From Candidatus Latescibacterota bacterium (GTDB lineage Bacteria; Latescibacterota; UBA2968; UBA8231), in contig OZ241867.1 in assembly GCA_965203175.1 (NCBI GenBank), positions 5,280,001 through 5,344,000 of the forward strand: a DNA stretch of 64,000 nucleotides, given 5' to 3'. A program made the position numbers and the translations under genes. How positions within the stretch are numbered: position 1 is the first letter of the stretch; each line of letters begins with the position of its first letter. The notes under the pieces were generated by a model. That model was not told the DNA's origin. It searched no databases and was given only the letters and a program-made list of their open reading frames with translations. Below, piece by piece: positions 20,878-30,326 of the stretch.

Positions 20878-21632
20878 GCCCTTTGGTAGAGCGCAGCCAA
20901 ATCCGCTTCGGGCACAGTGCTCAAACCCTCGGCCGTCACCTGCACGACCTGGGGAAAGATGTGCGCGGCCTCGCGGAAGCCGCCAGTAGCCGTGTCGTAT
21001 TCAGCGGCTGTCTCTAGCATCTTGAGCAGCAGCTCGACCGCCTGCTCTCCGGCCATCTCCCGCAGCGGCTGCGGCCCCCAGCGATTTTGGTAGTACAGCG
21101 CGCCGCGCACAATGTGTGCACCCGAACCGGTGGCGCAGAAATCCACGCACTCGAACTCGGCCCCCAAGAGGTCGTAAAAGAAAATTTTACCCTCCGCAGC
21201 CTCGTGGTCAAAGGCCGCGAAGATCGGCACCACCGCGCCAATCCCCTGCATGGCCAGCGGCAAGTTCTGGCGCAACAGCCGCGACAAAGTCCGCACCTTG
21301 CCGTCCAAACTCAGCCCTTGTAGCTGGCTGCGGCGATAGTACTGCACCGACATTTCCAGCATCCGCGCAATGTCCCACGCCACCGCCGGCGAACCGGCAA
21401 TGGCCATGACTGCTTCGTCGTCAATTATCAGCACTTTGTCGGCGCGGTCGTACACCACCGAGTTGCCCATGGTAGCGCGGCGGTCACCGGCCACCACCAC
21501 CCCGTCGGCGCAACGCACCGCTACAATCGTGGTGCCCTCGACCGGCTGCAAGGACGCTTCCGCAGCAGCGACCGGGGCGGCGGGCAAAAGCCCCCGCTCC
21601 TTGAGCAAGTCGAGGAAGTCGCAGCTTTCCAT
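20874..21632 (-). CDS. prcB: 20S proteasome beta subunit
   Basis: Propeptide then G|TTIVA, AGDRRATMG, ATGSG, D.ATGG. Confidence 0.93.
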   Translation of the reverse strand: MESCDFLDLLKERGLLPAAPVAAAEASLQPVEGTTIVAVRCADGVVVAGDRRATMGNSVVYDRADKVLIIDDEAVMAIAGSPAVAWDIARMLEMSVQYYRRSQLQGLSLDGKVRTLSRLLRQNLPLAMQGIGAVVPIFAAFDHEAAEGKIFFYDLLGAEFECVDFCATGSGAHIVRGALYYQNRWGPQPLREMAGEQAVELLLKMLETAAEYDTATGGFREAAHIFPQVVQVTAEGLSTVPEADLAALYQRA

Positions 21633-21638
21633 CGGCCG

Positions 21639-21830
21639 CTACTGTCCCGTGCGCTGGCGGTAGCGACGGGCCTGATTCGGATCTACGCGGCGCATCCGCT
21701 TGAGGATATCGTCCGTGCTGGGGCGCTCGACTCGCGGTCGGCGCGGGCCGGTATCTGGCCCGTCGTCGTTGTCGTCGATCGGCTTGGTCGGCCGGGGCGC
21801 GCGCTCCCGGTAGGAAATAAAATCGCTCAT
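21639..21830 (-). CDS. ubact: Ubiquitin-like protein UBact
   Basis: 63-aa disordered protein ending LKRMRRVDPNQARRYRQRTGQ (UBact R[ST]G[EQ] tail), located between dop and prcB. Confidence 0.9.
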   Translation of the reverse strand: MSDFISYRERAPRPTKPIDDNDDGPDTGPRRPRVERPSTDDILKRMRRVDPNQARRYRQRTGQ

Positions 21831-23371
21831 GGTGCCACCTCCGGTTTCGGTTTTCTACCCAGTCTGGCGAGCAAATCCTCGACGCTCGCAGCCGCGTCTA
21901 AGGCTTCGTTATAATAAGCCGCTGTCTCCCGGCTGACACAAGCCTTGAGGTCGATGACCTCACAGCGGCCGTCGAGTTCCAGCTCAATGCTATCCCAATT
22001 GAGCGAGCGCACCGCCGTGGCAAACTTCTGCAACATCTTGCCGCGAAAATAGGCCCGCGTGTCCCCGGGCGGCTCGACCAACGCCCGACACACCGCCTCC
22101 TCGGAGACGACGCGCTCTACTTGACCGGCGGCTTCAAGCGTCGGGTATAGCCCCTCAGCCGGGTCGATGTTGTGGTATTCGAGGTCTTGGCTTTGCAGCC
22201 AAGCGCGGTCCTCAGGCCGTTCCCAATCGAGTCTCTCGGACTCGGCAAACGCATCCAAAAGCCACTTTTTAGTCACCCAATCGAGGCGTCCAATTAGCTC
22301 TTGCGGATCGCGCGCGAGGGAGTCCAACACGTCGCGCCAAGCCGCGAGAACCCAATCTGTCTCCTCGTCGCGGCCCTGAAAAGCTCGCGTCGCTGCCGCC
22401 ATGATGGCCGTCTGGATTTCCAGCGCCGAACTCGACCCTCCCCCGGACAAGGGCACTGGCCACTCACGGGACTCGTCGCGGGAAATGGTCTTGAGCGCAC
22501 CGATGGGATCGGCCAATGCAAACGAAGGCAACGCACCAGCCTCTAGCAGGTCGAGTACCAAGGAAGCCGTGCCAACCTTGAGCGCGGTGGTGTATTCGCA
22601 CATGTTGGCGTCGCCGATGATCAGGTGCAGGCGGCGGTAGTGCGCTGGATCGGCGTGTGGCTCGTCGCGGGTGTTGACCAGCGGGCGGCGGTGCATGGTA
22701 TCGACGCTGGCGATGACCTCGAAAAAGTCCGCGCGCTGGCTTAGTTGGTAGGTGGCGGGCCGCGCCCGGGCGTCTTGTTCGACGCCGACTTTGCCGGCCC
22801 CGGCAAAAATTTGGCGCGTCACCACAAAGGGCAGCAGCCCGTTGATCACTTGTTGGAAGGGAATGTCGCGGCTGAGCAGGAAGTTCTCGTGGCAGCCGTA
22901 GCTGTGCCCCTCGAAGTCGGTGTTGTTTTTGTACAAACGCACTACGCCCCGACCGCGGTCTTCGGTGCGCTGGCGCGCGCACTGGAAGAGAATCCGCTCT
23001 CCGGCGCGATCAACAGCTACCAAATCGCGGAGACTATAGCATTCTGGGGTGGAAAATTCCGGGTGGGTGTGGTCGTTGTACAGGCGGGCACCATTGTGGA
23101 CGATCAGGTCGCTTTTCAAGTCCGCTAGCTGGATCGGGCGCTGGCGATCCTTCTGCAAGTGGACGGTCTCGTCCTTGTCGTTGAGGAGCTCGGTGACCTC
23201 AAAGCCGCGCATGTCGAGCCGCGGATTTTCGAGTGCGTAATTCCACAGAGCGACAAAATCTTGGCGCACATAGCAGCGGATCAATTCCATGGACTCTACC
23301 ACCACGTCCATGGACTCATCCTCATCAACCTGGATGCCGTACTCGGTTTCTAGCCCGCAGAGCCGCTGCAT
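21827..23371 (-). CDS. dop: Depupylase/deamidase Dop (PafA2 family)
   Basis: GLETEYG, NGARLYNDHTHPEFSTPEC (Dop-type), KNNTD..GHSYGCHEN, SQRADFFE, RRLHLIIGDAN. Confidence 0.88.
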   Translation of the reverse strand: MQRLCGLETEYGIQVDEDESMDVVVESMELIRCYVRQDFVALWNYALENPRLDMRGFEVTELLNDKDETVHLQKDRQRPIQLADLKSDLIVHNGARLYNDHTHPEFSTPECYSLRDLVAVDRAGERILFQCARQRTEDRGRGVVRLYKNNTDFEGHSYGCHENFLLSRDIPFQQVINGLLPFVVTRQIFAGAGKVGVEQDARARPATYQLSQRADFFEVIASVDTMHRRPLVNTRDEPHADPAHYRRLHLIIGDANMCEYTTALKVGTASLVLDLLEAGALPSFALADPIGALKTISRDESREWPVPLSGGGSSSALEIQTAIMAAATRAFQGRDEETDWVLAAWRDVLDSLARDPQELIGRLDWVTKKWLLDAFAESERLDWERPEDRAWLQSQDLEYHNIDPAEGLYPTLEAAGQVERVVSEEAVCRALVEPPGDTRAYFRGKMLQKFATAVRSLNWDSIELELDGRCEVIDLKACVSRETAAYYNEALDAAASVEDLLARLGRKPKPEVAP

Positions 23372-23379
23372 GAGCTGGG

Positions 23380-25074
23380 TCAGATCACTTGGCCGATGCG
23401 CTTTTCCGGTGTCTTTTCCGGCTGAGGTCTAACGGGTATCACCCTCACCACGTTCTCCGGCTCGTAGTCGAGCAGCTTGAGCCAGTCCTCGACGCTGTCC
23501 GAAGGTGGGAACACCTCGTTTTCGCGGTATTCAGCCCGCGTCGCCTGCCGCAAGTCCTCGGCGCGGATCCCGCCTTCGGGGTCGCCCTCGGCAATGGCGC
23601 GCTTGATCGCCATCTCCTTGGCCCGCGATACGACCGAGGCGATGATGGCTCCGGAAATCAGGTCGCCGCGATAGAGTACTTCTTGGCGGCCGCTGCGCAG
23701 CGACACCTCCAAGAAGCGGGCCTCTTCGCCTTTGGAAAACAACTCGTCGAGGCCCTCCTGTATCAGGGCCTCGCGCGCAGCCGCTTCGCCGCCGTACTGC
23801 TCTACCTCGGCGCGATCAATCGGCAGTTCGGGCTTGAGGTAAATCCCCAAAATGTCACCAGCCGCTTCGTAGTTGGGGCGCGCGACCTTGATTTTGCGGT
23901 CGATGCGGCCGGGCCGGAGCACGGCTGGGTCAATCAGATCGTGGCGGTTGGAGGCCAAAATCAGCACCACGTCCTGCAGCGACTCAATGCCGTCCATCTC
24001 AGTGCAAAACATCGGCACGACCGTGTTGGAGATGTTGTGGCTGCGCATCGAGCGCCGAGTGCCCAAGATCGACTCGGCTTCGTCGATAAAGACAAAGGGC
24101 AAATAGCCCTCCTTGCGCTTTTGGCGCGCCTGGGCAAAGACCTCGCGCACCATGCGCTCGGTCTCGCCGAGCCACATGTTGAGGATTTCCGGCCCCTTGA
24201 TGTGCATGAAGTACTCTTCCAACTCCAGGCCCTCGACCTCGCGCATGTGCTGCACCAAGTTGTACGCCGTGGCCTTGCCGATGAGAGTCTTGCCGCAGCC
24301 CGGGGGGCCGTAGAGCAGGAAGCCCTTGGGCGTCGAATACTCGAAGCGCTCGAAGAGCTGGGGGTGCAACGCAGGCAGTTCAATGGTGTCGCGGATGGCT
24401 TCGATCGCTTCGGCTTGGCCACCGATGCTCTCCCAAGGAGTTGGAGGAACGTCCTCGATGAAGTACTCCTTGCTCTCGGCGGATTGCAAAACTTCCAGCG
24501 CAACCTTGTAGGCCGGATCCATCCGCACCTCGTCGCCGATTTGCAAATCCACGTCGGCCAATTCCGCAGCGCGCTCGACGACCACCTCTTGGGTCCCGTG
24601 CGCTTGGGCAATCCGCAACCGCCCCTCTGGAAGCAGATCGCCGACCTTGGCCACCGGTCCAGAGGGGCTGTGCCCCAAATTGCCAACGACCGCATAGGCT
24701 TCGTTTACCAGCACCCGGCAGCCGACCTTGAGCTGGGACACATCGACGCGCGGGTCGATATTGGCATAGTACTCAGCACTGCCGACGAAGACCGTGGCAA
24801 TCCCCTCGCTCGGCAGGCCGAGGAAAATCCCGACGCGATTGGCCGGTGCCGTCACCTTCTCTAGGGCGGCTTCCATCTCCACAAGAGCCCGACGCGCCTC
24901 CTGAAAGGAAATCTCCCGCTCCATGAGCTGGCGCCGAAGGCGGTACAGCAGAGGCCGAGCTGGGTCGCGGTCTGGGGCTAGCGCGAGCAACTGATCGACC
25001 AAGCGCAATGGCTCAGCAACCTGCTCCTCTGGCTCTTGGTCCTTGTCGTATTCGTGCGATTCCCTGCGGTTCAT
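23380..25074 (-). CDS. arc: Proteasome-associated AAA ATPase (ARC/Mpa)
   Basis: N-terminal coiled coil and OB domains, GPPGCGKT Walker A, FIDE Walker B, DPAVLRPGRIDRKI. Confidence 0.92.
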   Translation of the reverse strand: MNRRESHEYDKDQEPEEQVAEPLRLVDQLLALAPDRDPARPLLYRLRRQLMEREISFQEARRALVEMEAALEKVTAPANRVGIFLGLPSEGIATVFVGSAEYYANIDPRVDVSQLKVGCRVLVNEAYAVVGNLGHSPSGPVAKVGDLLPEGRLRIAQAHGTQEVVVERAAELADVDLQIGDEVRMDPAYKVALEVLQSAESKEYFIEDVPPTPWESIGGQAEAIEAIRDTIELPALHPQLFERFEYSTPKGFLLYGPPGCGKTLIGKATAYNLVQHMREVEGLELEEYFMHIKGPEILNMWLGETERMVREVFAQARQKRKEGYLPFVFIDEAESILGTRRSMRSHNISNTVVPMFCTEMDGIESLQDVVLILASNRHDLIDPAVLRPGRIDRKIKVARPNYEAAGDILGIYLKPELPIDRAEVEQYGGEAAAREALIQEGLDELFSKGEEARFLEVSLRSGRQEVLYRGDLISGAIIASVVSRAKEMAIKRAIAEGDPEGGIRAEDLRQATRAEYRENEVFPPSDSVEDWLKLLDYEPENVVRVIPVRPQPEKTPEKRIGQVI

Positions 25075-25086
25075 GGCATCCTCCCA

Positions 25087-25800
25087 CTAGTAGATCACGT
25101 CGCCGAGACGCCTGTAGCGCACTCGACTGGGCAGGCGCCAGATAAAGCTGGCCACCACCGCGGGCAGCGAACTCAAGCCCCTGTAATAAGGTCCGCGGGT
25201 GTCGGGCTCCCACGACCAATAGATGTTCATGGCCTTGCCCTTGATCAACCGCTTGGGCACAGCGCGAAAGTAGCGGCTGTCCGAGCTGTTGTCGCGATTG
25301 TCACCCATCATAAAGAAATAGCCTTCGGGCACAATATACGGGCCAAAATTGTCGCGGGGATTGAGCTCCCTCGGATAGTATCTAGGGTCGGTGTACTTGG
25401 TCAGCGGCGGATCTTGCATTGGCTCGCCATCAACGTAGAGTACCTTGTTGATGATGTGGACGCGCTGCCCTCCGACGGCAACACAGCGCTTGATCAAGTC
25501 GCGCCCCTCGTCCTGCGGAGAGCGGAAAATCACGATGTCACCCGGCTGCGGTTCCTTGAGTGCAGGCAGACGGAAGAGGGAAATGCTCGTCAGAGGCACA
25601 TCGACTGGAACGCCGTAGATAAACTTGTTGGCCAACAGATAATCACCCACCAAAAGCGTATCTTCCATCGAACTGGAAGGGATGTAAAAGGCCTGCACCA
25701 CACCGGTGCGAATGACCAAAAACAAGCCTACGACGGTCAGTATAGAATACAGGTATTGGCCAAGTTCGGACTTTTGCTTGGCGTGCTTCATCCGCAGCAT
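25087..25800 (-). CDS. lepB: Signal peptidase I
   Basis: TM helix, IPSSSMEDTLLVGD, IKRC, GDNRDNSSDSR. Confidence 0.95.
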   Translation of the reverse strand: MLRMKHAKQKSELGQYLYSILTVVGLFLVIRTGVVQAFYIPSSSMEDTLLVGDYLLANKFIYGVPVDVPLTSISLFRLPALKEPQPGDIVIFRSPQDEGRDLIKRCVAVGGQRVHIINKVLYVDGEPMQDPPLTKYTDPRYYPRELNPRDNFGPYIVPEGYFFMMGDNRDNSSDSRYFRAVPKRLIKGKAMNIYWSWEPDTRGPYYRGLSSLPAVVASFIWRLPSRVRYRRLGDVIY

Positions 25801-25848
25801 CTCCTTAGACCTGAGTATAACAAACTACCCCCATAGTCGCCATTTGCG

Positions 25849-26844
25849 CTACCCTTTAGGGACCTCTACCACCTGTCCGGTTTCCCAGCTTTCGATAAGC
25901 GCCTCAATTACTAACTGGACTCGCAAGGCGTCCGCTCCTCTCGCATCCACCTGCGCAGGCGGGACTTGGTTTAGCAAATCGTCGATCCAAGCGTTGATGC
26001 GCGCCGGGAAGGTATCCGCAAAGCCGCCCATGCCTCCGAGGTGATCGTAGCTTTCCACCTCGCGTGAAAAGCGCGGGTAAAATGTCAGCTTCTCACAGGC
26101 TTCATTGATGATAACCCGTCCCTCCGAGCCGACCAGTTCCAAGGTCTCCAAGCCGTAGCTTCCCCCGGCGTCGTACGACCCGGTCAAATGACCGATGACG
26201 CCATTCTCGTACAGCAGATTCGCCTGCACGTTGGACCAGATCTGTCGCCCTTTTCCCTTCTTAAAAAAGGCGTGTACCCGATCCACTCCTCCGGCGAAAT
26301 AGCTCATCACGTCCAGCGAGTGCGGATGCAGGGCGCGGATGTGGAACCACGGACTCGATTCGTTGGGATTGTTGATCCACATCGTCATGTTGATTATCTG
26401 TAGTTCGCCGAGCCGCCCGTTGGTCAGCCACTCCTTGGCCTTGACGGCCGCGGGCGTGAAGCGATGATTCAGGTTGATCCCATAGGGCAACTGCTTTTCT
26501 TCGGCCAAAGCCACCATTTCCCGCGCCTTGGGAATTTCATTGGAAATCGGCTTCTCGCCTAGCACCGGAATGCCGGCCCGCAAAAGCGCCATCGTCGGCT
26601 CGTAGTGATCGCCCCCGTTCTCCACCCCGGCCGTGGTCACCGAGCAGGCGTCGAGCCGCTGGCCGCTGGCGATCATCTCCTCGACCGAGTAAAAGGCCTG
26701 CGCCTCATAGGACTCGGCCGCTTTGTCCGCTTGCTCTTTAACCATGTCGCACACGGCGACGACCTTTGCGTTCTCGTTTGCCGTGTAGCAGCGGGCGTGA
26801 TTGTTGCCAATTCCACCCATGCCGACAATCCCGATGTGAAGCAT
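25849..26844 (-). CDS. Gfo/Idh/MocA family oxidoreductase
   Basis: IGIVGMGGIG and VLGEKP motifs. Confidence 0.9.
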   Translation of the reverse strand: MLHIGIVGMGGIGNNHARCYTANENAKVVAVCDMVKEQADKAAESYEAQAFYSVEEMIASGQRLDACSVTTAGVENGGDHYEPTMALLRAGIPVLGEKPISNEIPKAREMVALAEEKQLPYGINLNHRFTPAAVKAKEWLTNGRLGELQIINMTMWINNPNESSPWFHIRALHPHSLDVMSYFAGGVDRVHAFFKKGKGRQIWSNVQANLLYENGVIGHLTGSYDAGGSYGLETLELVGSEGRVIINEACEKLTFYPRFSREVESYDHLGGMGGFADTFPARINAWIDDLLNQVPPAQVDARGADALRVQLVIEALIESWETGQVVEVPKG

Positions 26845-26871
26845 CGCAAACTCCTTTTTAATTGCGAGGTC

Positions 26872-27936
26872 TTAATTCCTAATTGACCTCGGCAGCTCCA
26901 CTCCCAACTCAGCCGCCAAGGCTCCTATCTCATCCCAAGCTTTCTCATCCACGTGTAGCCCATCGCGCCGCCGCGCCTGCAACCGCTGGTGCGCCCGCTC
27001 TCCGGGCAGCAACACCTCGGCCACCCCAGGAGCCGGCGGACACGACTTGACCCATTCGATAAATCCCGCAACCTCGGCGTAAAACTCGTCCAACGGCAGG
27101 AAGGCCGCGACATTGAGCACGGCGATGAACAGTGCGTTGCCCGTGCGCTCGGGTGCCTCTTGCGTCATCCCGGCCCCAGAAAGCGACCCAGCCAAAATAT
27201 CGACTAGCACGGAAAGCCCGTAGCCCTTGTGCCCGCTCTGCGGAAAACCAAGCGGCAAGATAGCACCAGCGGGCGGGCCATAGTACGCGTCCACTTTCGT
27301 CGTTGGACGGCCCTCTGCATCGATCAGCATCCCCGGCGGCGCATCCTCGCCCCTGTTGCGCAAAAGCCGCATATCCCCGCCGGAAATCATGCTCGTCGTC
27401 ATGTCTAGGATCACGGGCCAATCGCCGCCGGTGGGAATGCCGCAGCAGATTGGATTCGTCGGCAAGCGACGGCTGCGGCCGCCAAAGGGAGCCACCGCAC
27501 TGTCGCCGCCGTGGCCATTGGTTGCGATGAGGGCAATGCAGTTGGCGCGAGTAGCTATCTCGGCGAAACGCCCCAGCCGCGCCACGTGGTTGCAGTCGCG
27601 CACCCCGACGACCGCCACTGCCCCGTCGCCGAGCTTGTCCAGTGTCCAGCGCACAGCCTCGGTTGCCGTCACCGGCCCGTAGTTCCACTGGCCGCTCAAC
27701 CGCCCCCCACACTCGCTTTCGTCCAAGACTACCAACGCAGCCCCAGGCTCGACTTGGCCGTCGCGCACCATGTTCACGTATTGGGGCAGCCGCAACACGC
27801 TGTGGGTATCGTGCCCCATCAGCCCAGCTTCAACCAGGTGCTCAGCCACCAACGCCGCATCGTCCGGGGGAACGCCGACCTGCCGCAAGCAAGTCTGCGC
27901 CAGCCCATCGAGGTCTTCGGCCAGCAAGGTCGGCAC
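26872..27936 (-). CDS. Ldh_2 family oxidoreductase (malate/L-lactate/ureidoglycolate dehydrogenase-like)
   Basis: GHDTHS, NHVARLG, TNPI, LDMTTS, HKGYGL, LPGE. Confidence 0.88.
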   Translation of the reverse strand: MPTLLAEDLDGLAQTCLRQVGVPPDDAALVAEHLVEAGLMGHDTHSVLRLPQYVNMVRDGQVEPGAALVVLDESECGGRLSGQWNYGPVTATEAVRWTLDKLGDGAVAVVGVRDCNHVARLGRFAEIATRANCIALIATNGHGGDSAVAPFGGRSRRLPTNPICCGIPTGGDWPVILDMTTSMISGGDMRLLRNRGEDAPPGMLIDAEGRPTTKVDAYYGPPAGAILPLGFPQSGHKGYGLSVLVDILAGSLSGAGMTQEAPERTGNALFIAVLNVAAFLPLDEFYAEVAGFIEWVKSCPPAPGVAEVLLPGERAHQRLQARRRDGLHVDEKAWDEIGALAAELGVELPRSIRN

Positions 27937-29102
27937 TAGGGCCGCTCCTCGTCCCGAGTGTCCGCTACGACTAAAAGAGCGTTGACCACCGGCCGCTCGC
28001 CCGTGGGATCGGAGGGCCTGTTGATCACCTGTTCGCCTACGACCATCGTCGTCGAGCCACCACCATCGAGGTTTAACCCCTGATAGGCATTGGCCTTGGC
28101 GCGAGAAAATTCAGCCAAGCGCGTGCACATAAATTCGGCCAACTCCTGCAAGCTCATGCCAACGCTGTACCCTGGTTGCCGCCCATCGACCACAATCATA
28201 AAAAGCACCTGCTCGTCTTGGGAATATCCAATGGCCGTGCGTGGGTGTCGCTTGTCGGCAAAGCTACGGCTGAGCCGCTCCTCTTCTACTTCAATGGATA
28301 CTGCGCCATCGCGCAGGATGCGCGGCCCCCCACTGATGGCCTCCATCAACTTGGCACGGGCTGGCAACAGTCGGCAATACAGTTGCACTGTGTCGCCCAA
28401 GGCAATCTGCTCTGTCGCCTCGTATTCGGCGTCGGCGGCCAACAGCCATTGGTCGCGCTGGAGGGAGAGCGGCCAAGCCTCCCGCCGGACTTGTTGAACC
28501 CAGACGGAGATCGTGTCGTTGGCGATGGAGGTATTGCCCACCCCTTGCAACAGGAAGCCCGTGGCCGCTTGCAGCGAATCTCCCTGCACATGCGCGCGCT
28601 CGTTGAACACGGACAACTCCCCGAGCGCTGGCTCGCGATTAAAGCCCGCGACGTGTAGCTGCTCGCCTTCGGCCGTCAACAGACCCAATTCCATCTTGTA
28701 CACTGCGATCAAGGGCTGGCCCGCCTCGGTAATGGCAAAAGCCGAGCGCCGCTGTGGGATGCGGATGAGATTGCCGGACTCGATATATAACCCGGCTGGC
28801 TGGTTAGACTCGCCGGGAAATAAAAAGTCCCCGTTTATGGCCGCTAAAGCACCAGCGGCCAAGCTACTGGTCTTTTGCGCCTCTTCCTGCTTGGCCATGC
28901 GCACGCGGATGCCCGCCGCCCAAGAGCGCGGCAGATCCACTTCCACCATGTGTATCCGCCACGGACCTTCGGGCAAGTGGATCTCGCGGTACACCACCCC
29001 GGGTGCTAGCTCCTCGGTGTCTTCCCGAGCGCAGCTCCAACTCAAACACCACGCGAGAATCGCGAGGACGAGGCGTAGGGATGCCTTATGCGGTATAGCC
29101 AA
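27936..29102 (-). CDS. Phosphodiester glycosidase (NAGPA/DUF2233) family protein
   Basis: AAINGDF, RHPRTAIG, VVDGRQ, NLDGGGST. Confidence 0.88.
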   Translation of the reverse strand: MAIPHKASLRLVLAILAWCLSWSCAREDTEELAPGVVYREIHLPEGPWRIHMVEVDLPRSWAAGIRVRMAKQEEAQKTSSLAAGALAAINGDFLFPGESNQPAGLYIESGNLIRIPQRRSAFAITEAGQPLIAVYKMELGLLTAEGEQLHVAGFNREPALGELSVFNERAHVQGDSLQAATGFLLQGVGNTSIANDTISVWVQQVRREAWPLSLQRDQWLLAADAEYEATEQIALGDTVQLYCRLLPARAKLMEAISGGPRILRDGAVSIEVEEERLSRSFADKRHPRTAIGYSQDEQVLFMIVVDGRQPGYSVGMSLQELAEFMCTRLAEFSRAKANAYQGLNLDGGGSTTMVVGEQVINRPSDPTGERPVVNALLVVADTRDEERP

Positions 29103-29264
29103 AAGAAGTGTACCTCAGCGGCAAGGGGACGAAAGATGCATTATAGCACCCCTCGGTTGAAATCGTCCAAAAGTAGCCCTGCACTGCGACCGTGTCAATT
29201 TTTTCTAACGACTGGCCCGGCCGCAGACCAAGCCCTTTATTTTAAAAAAAGCGAAAGGACTCCG

Positions 29265-30272
29265 ATGAAAGCCATACTCGTAGGGTTGGGCGGCAGGGGC
29301 CGCTATTGGCTCGACCAATGCCGGAAGCAGCAGAACGTCGATGTAGTCGCCTGCGTCGAGCCGAGCGCGCAAAACCGCGAGCGCGCGGTCGCCCAATGCG
29401 CACTCGCCGAGCGTTCCATCTACCGAGATCTCGGCGAAGCCTGCGCAGCCGTGCAAGCCGACTTCGTCCTCGACGTGACGCCGCCAGCCATCCACGAAGA
29501 AATCGCCATGCAGACTTTTGCCGCGGGCCTACACCTGCTCGGAGAAAAACCCCTCAGCGACCAGTACGAGGCCGCCCGGCGCGTAGTGGAGGCCGGCACC
29601 CAAGCCGACGTCGCGCACATGATCACCCAGAACTACCGGTTCAACGGCCTGCCGCGCACGACTCGCCGCCTACTCACCGAGGATCTCATCGGCCCGGTCG
29701 GCCAGCTCGATGTCTCGCTTTACGTCAATTGGGCCGACTCGCCCGGCTCGCACTACGTCACCGAGCCGTACATGTTCCTCACCGACATGGGTATTCACCA
29801 CTTCGACATGATGCGCTACACGCTCGGCCAAGACCCCGTGAGCGCTCACGCCCTTACTTGGAACCTCCCCTGGGGCTGGCACCAAGGCGACGCCGCTCAG
29901 ATGATCCTCTTCCGCTTTGCCAACGGCACAGTCGCCACCCACCGCGGCATCGGCTGCACGGTCGGGCACGTGCCAGCCGGACACAATGGCGAGTGGCGCT
30001 ACGAGGGGCCGCGCGGTACCCTGACGTGGGAGGGCTTCGACCTGTACCACACTCACTCACACCGCGCCGATCCCAAAATTCGCCAGCAAATCCCCCTCGA
30101 CGACGATGGCGACCAAGACCAAAATCCCGTGCTGCGGGAATTCGTCGCCGCCATCGAAGAGGGCCGCACGCCCGAGTGCAATGCGGCCGACAACCTCAAG
30201 TCCATGGCCATGGTTTTTGCCGCAGTCAGAAGCGCGATGGAAGGCCGCGAAGTATCCATCGACGAGTTATAG
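29265..30272 (+). CDS. Gfo/Idh/MocA family oxidoreductase
   Basis: MKAILVGLGGRG, EKPL, QNYRF, DMGIHHFD; start after AAAGGA. Confidence 0.9.
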   Translation: MKAILVGLGGRGRYWLDQCRKQQNVDVVACVEPSAQNRERAVAQCALAERSIYRDLGEACAAVQADFVLDVTPPAIHEEIAMQTFAAGLHLLGEKPLSDQYEAARRVVEAGTQADVAHMITQNYRFNGLPRTTRRLLTEDLIGPVGQLDVSLYVNWADSPGSHYVTEPYMFLTDMGIHHFDMMRYTLGQDPVSAHALTWNLPWGWHQGDAAQMILFRFANGTVATHRGIGCTVGHVPAGHNGEWRYEGPRGTLTWEGFDLYHTHSHRADPKIRQQIPLDDDGDQDQNPVLREFVAAIEEGRTPECNAADNLKSMAMVFAAVRSAMEGREVSIDEL

Positions 30273-30326
30273 ACTGACTCTTTCTCTATTGCCACATCTT
30301 GCGACTAACCCCTCTTTAATAGACTT

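Noticed and set aside
21639-21830. Calling the small modifier Pup
   Set aside because: It lacks the Pup GG[EQ] tail; the RTGQ ending and MRRVDP motif fit UBact.
23389-24864. 491-aa plus-strand ORF antisense to arc, and many other long overlapping ORFs in the track
   Set aside because: Shadow ORFs expected in high-GC coding DNA; they have no motifs, and the opposite strand carries clear conserved genes.
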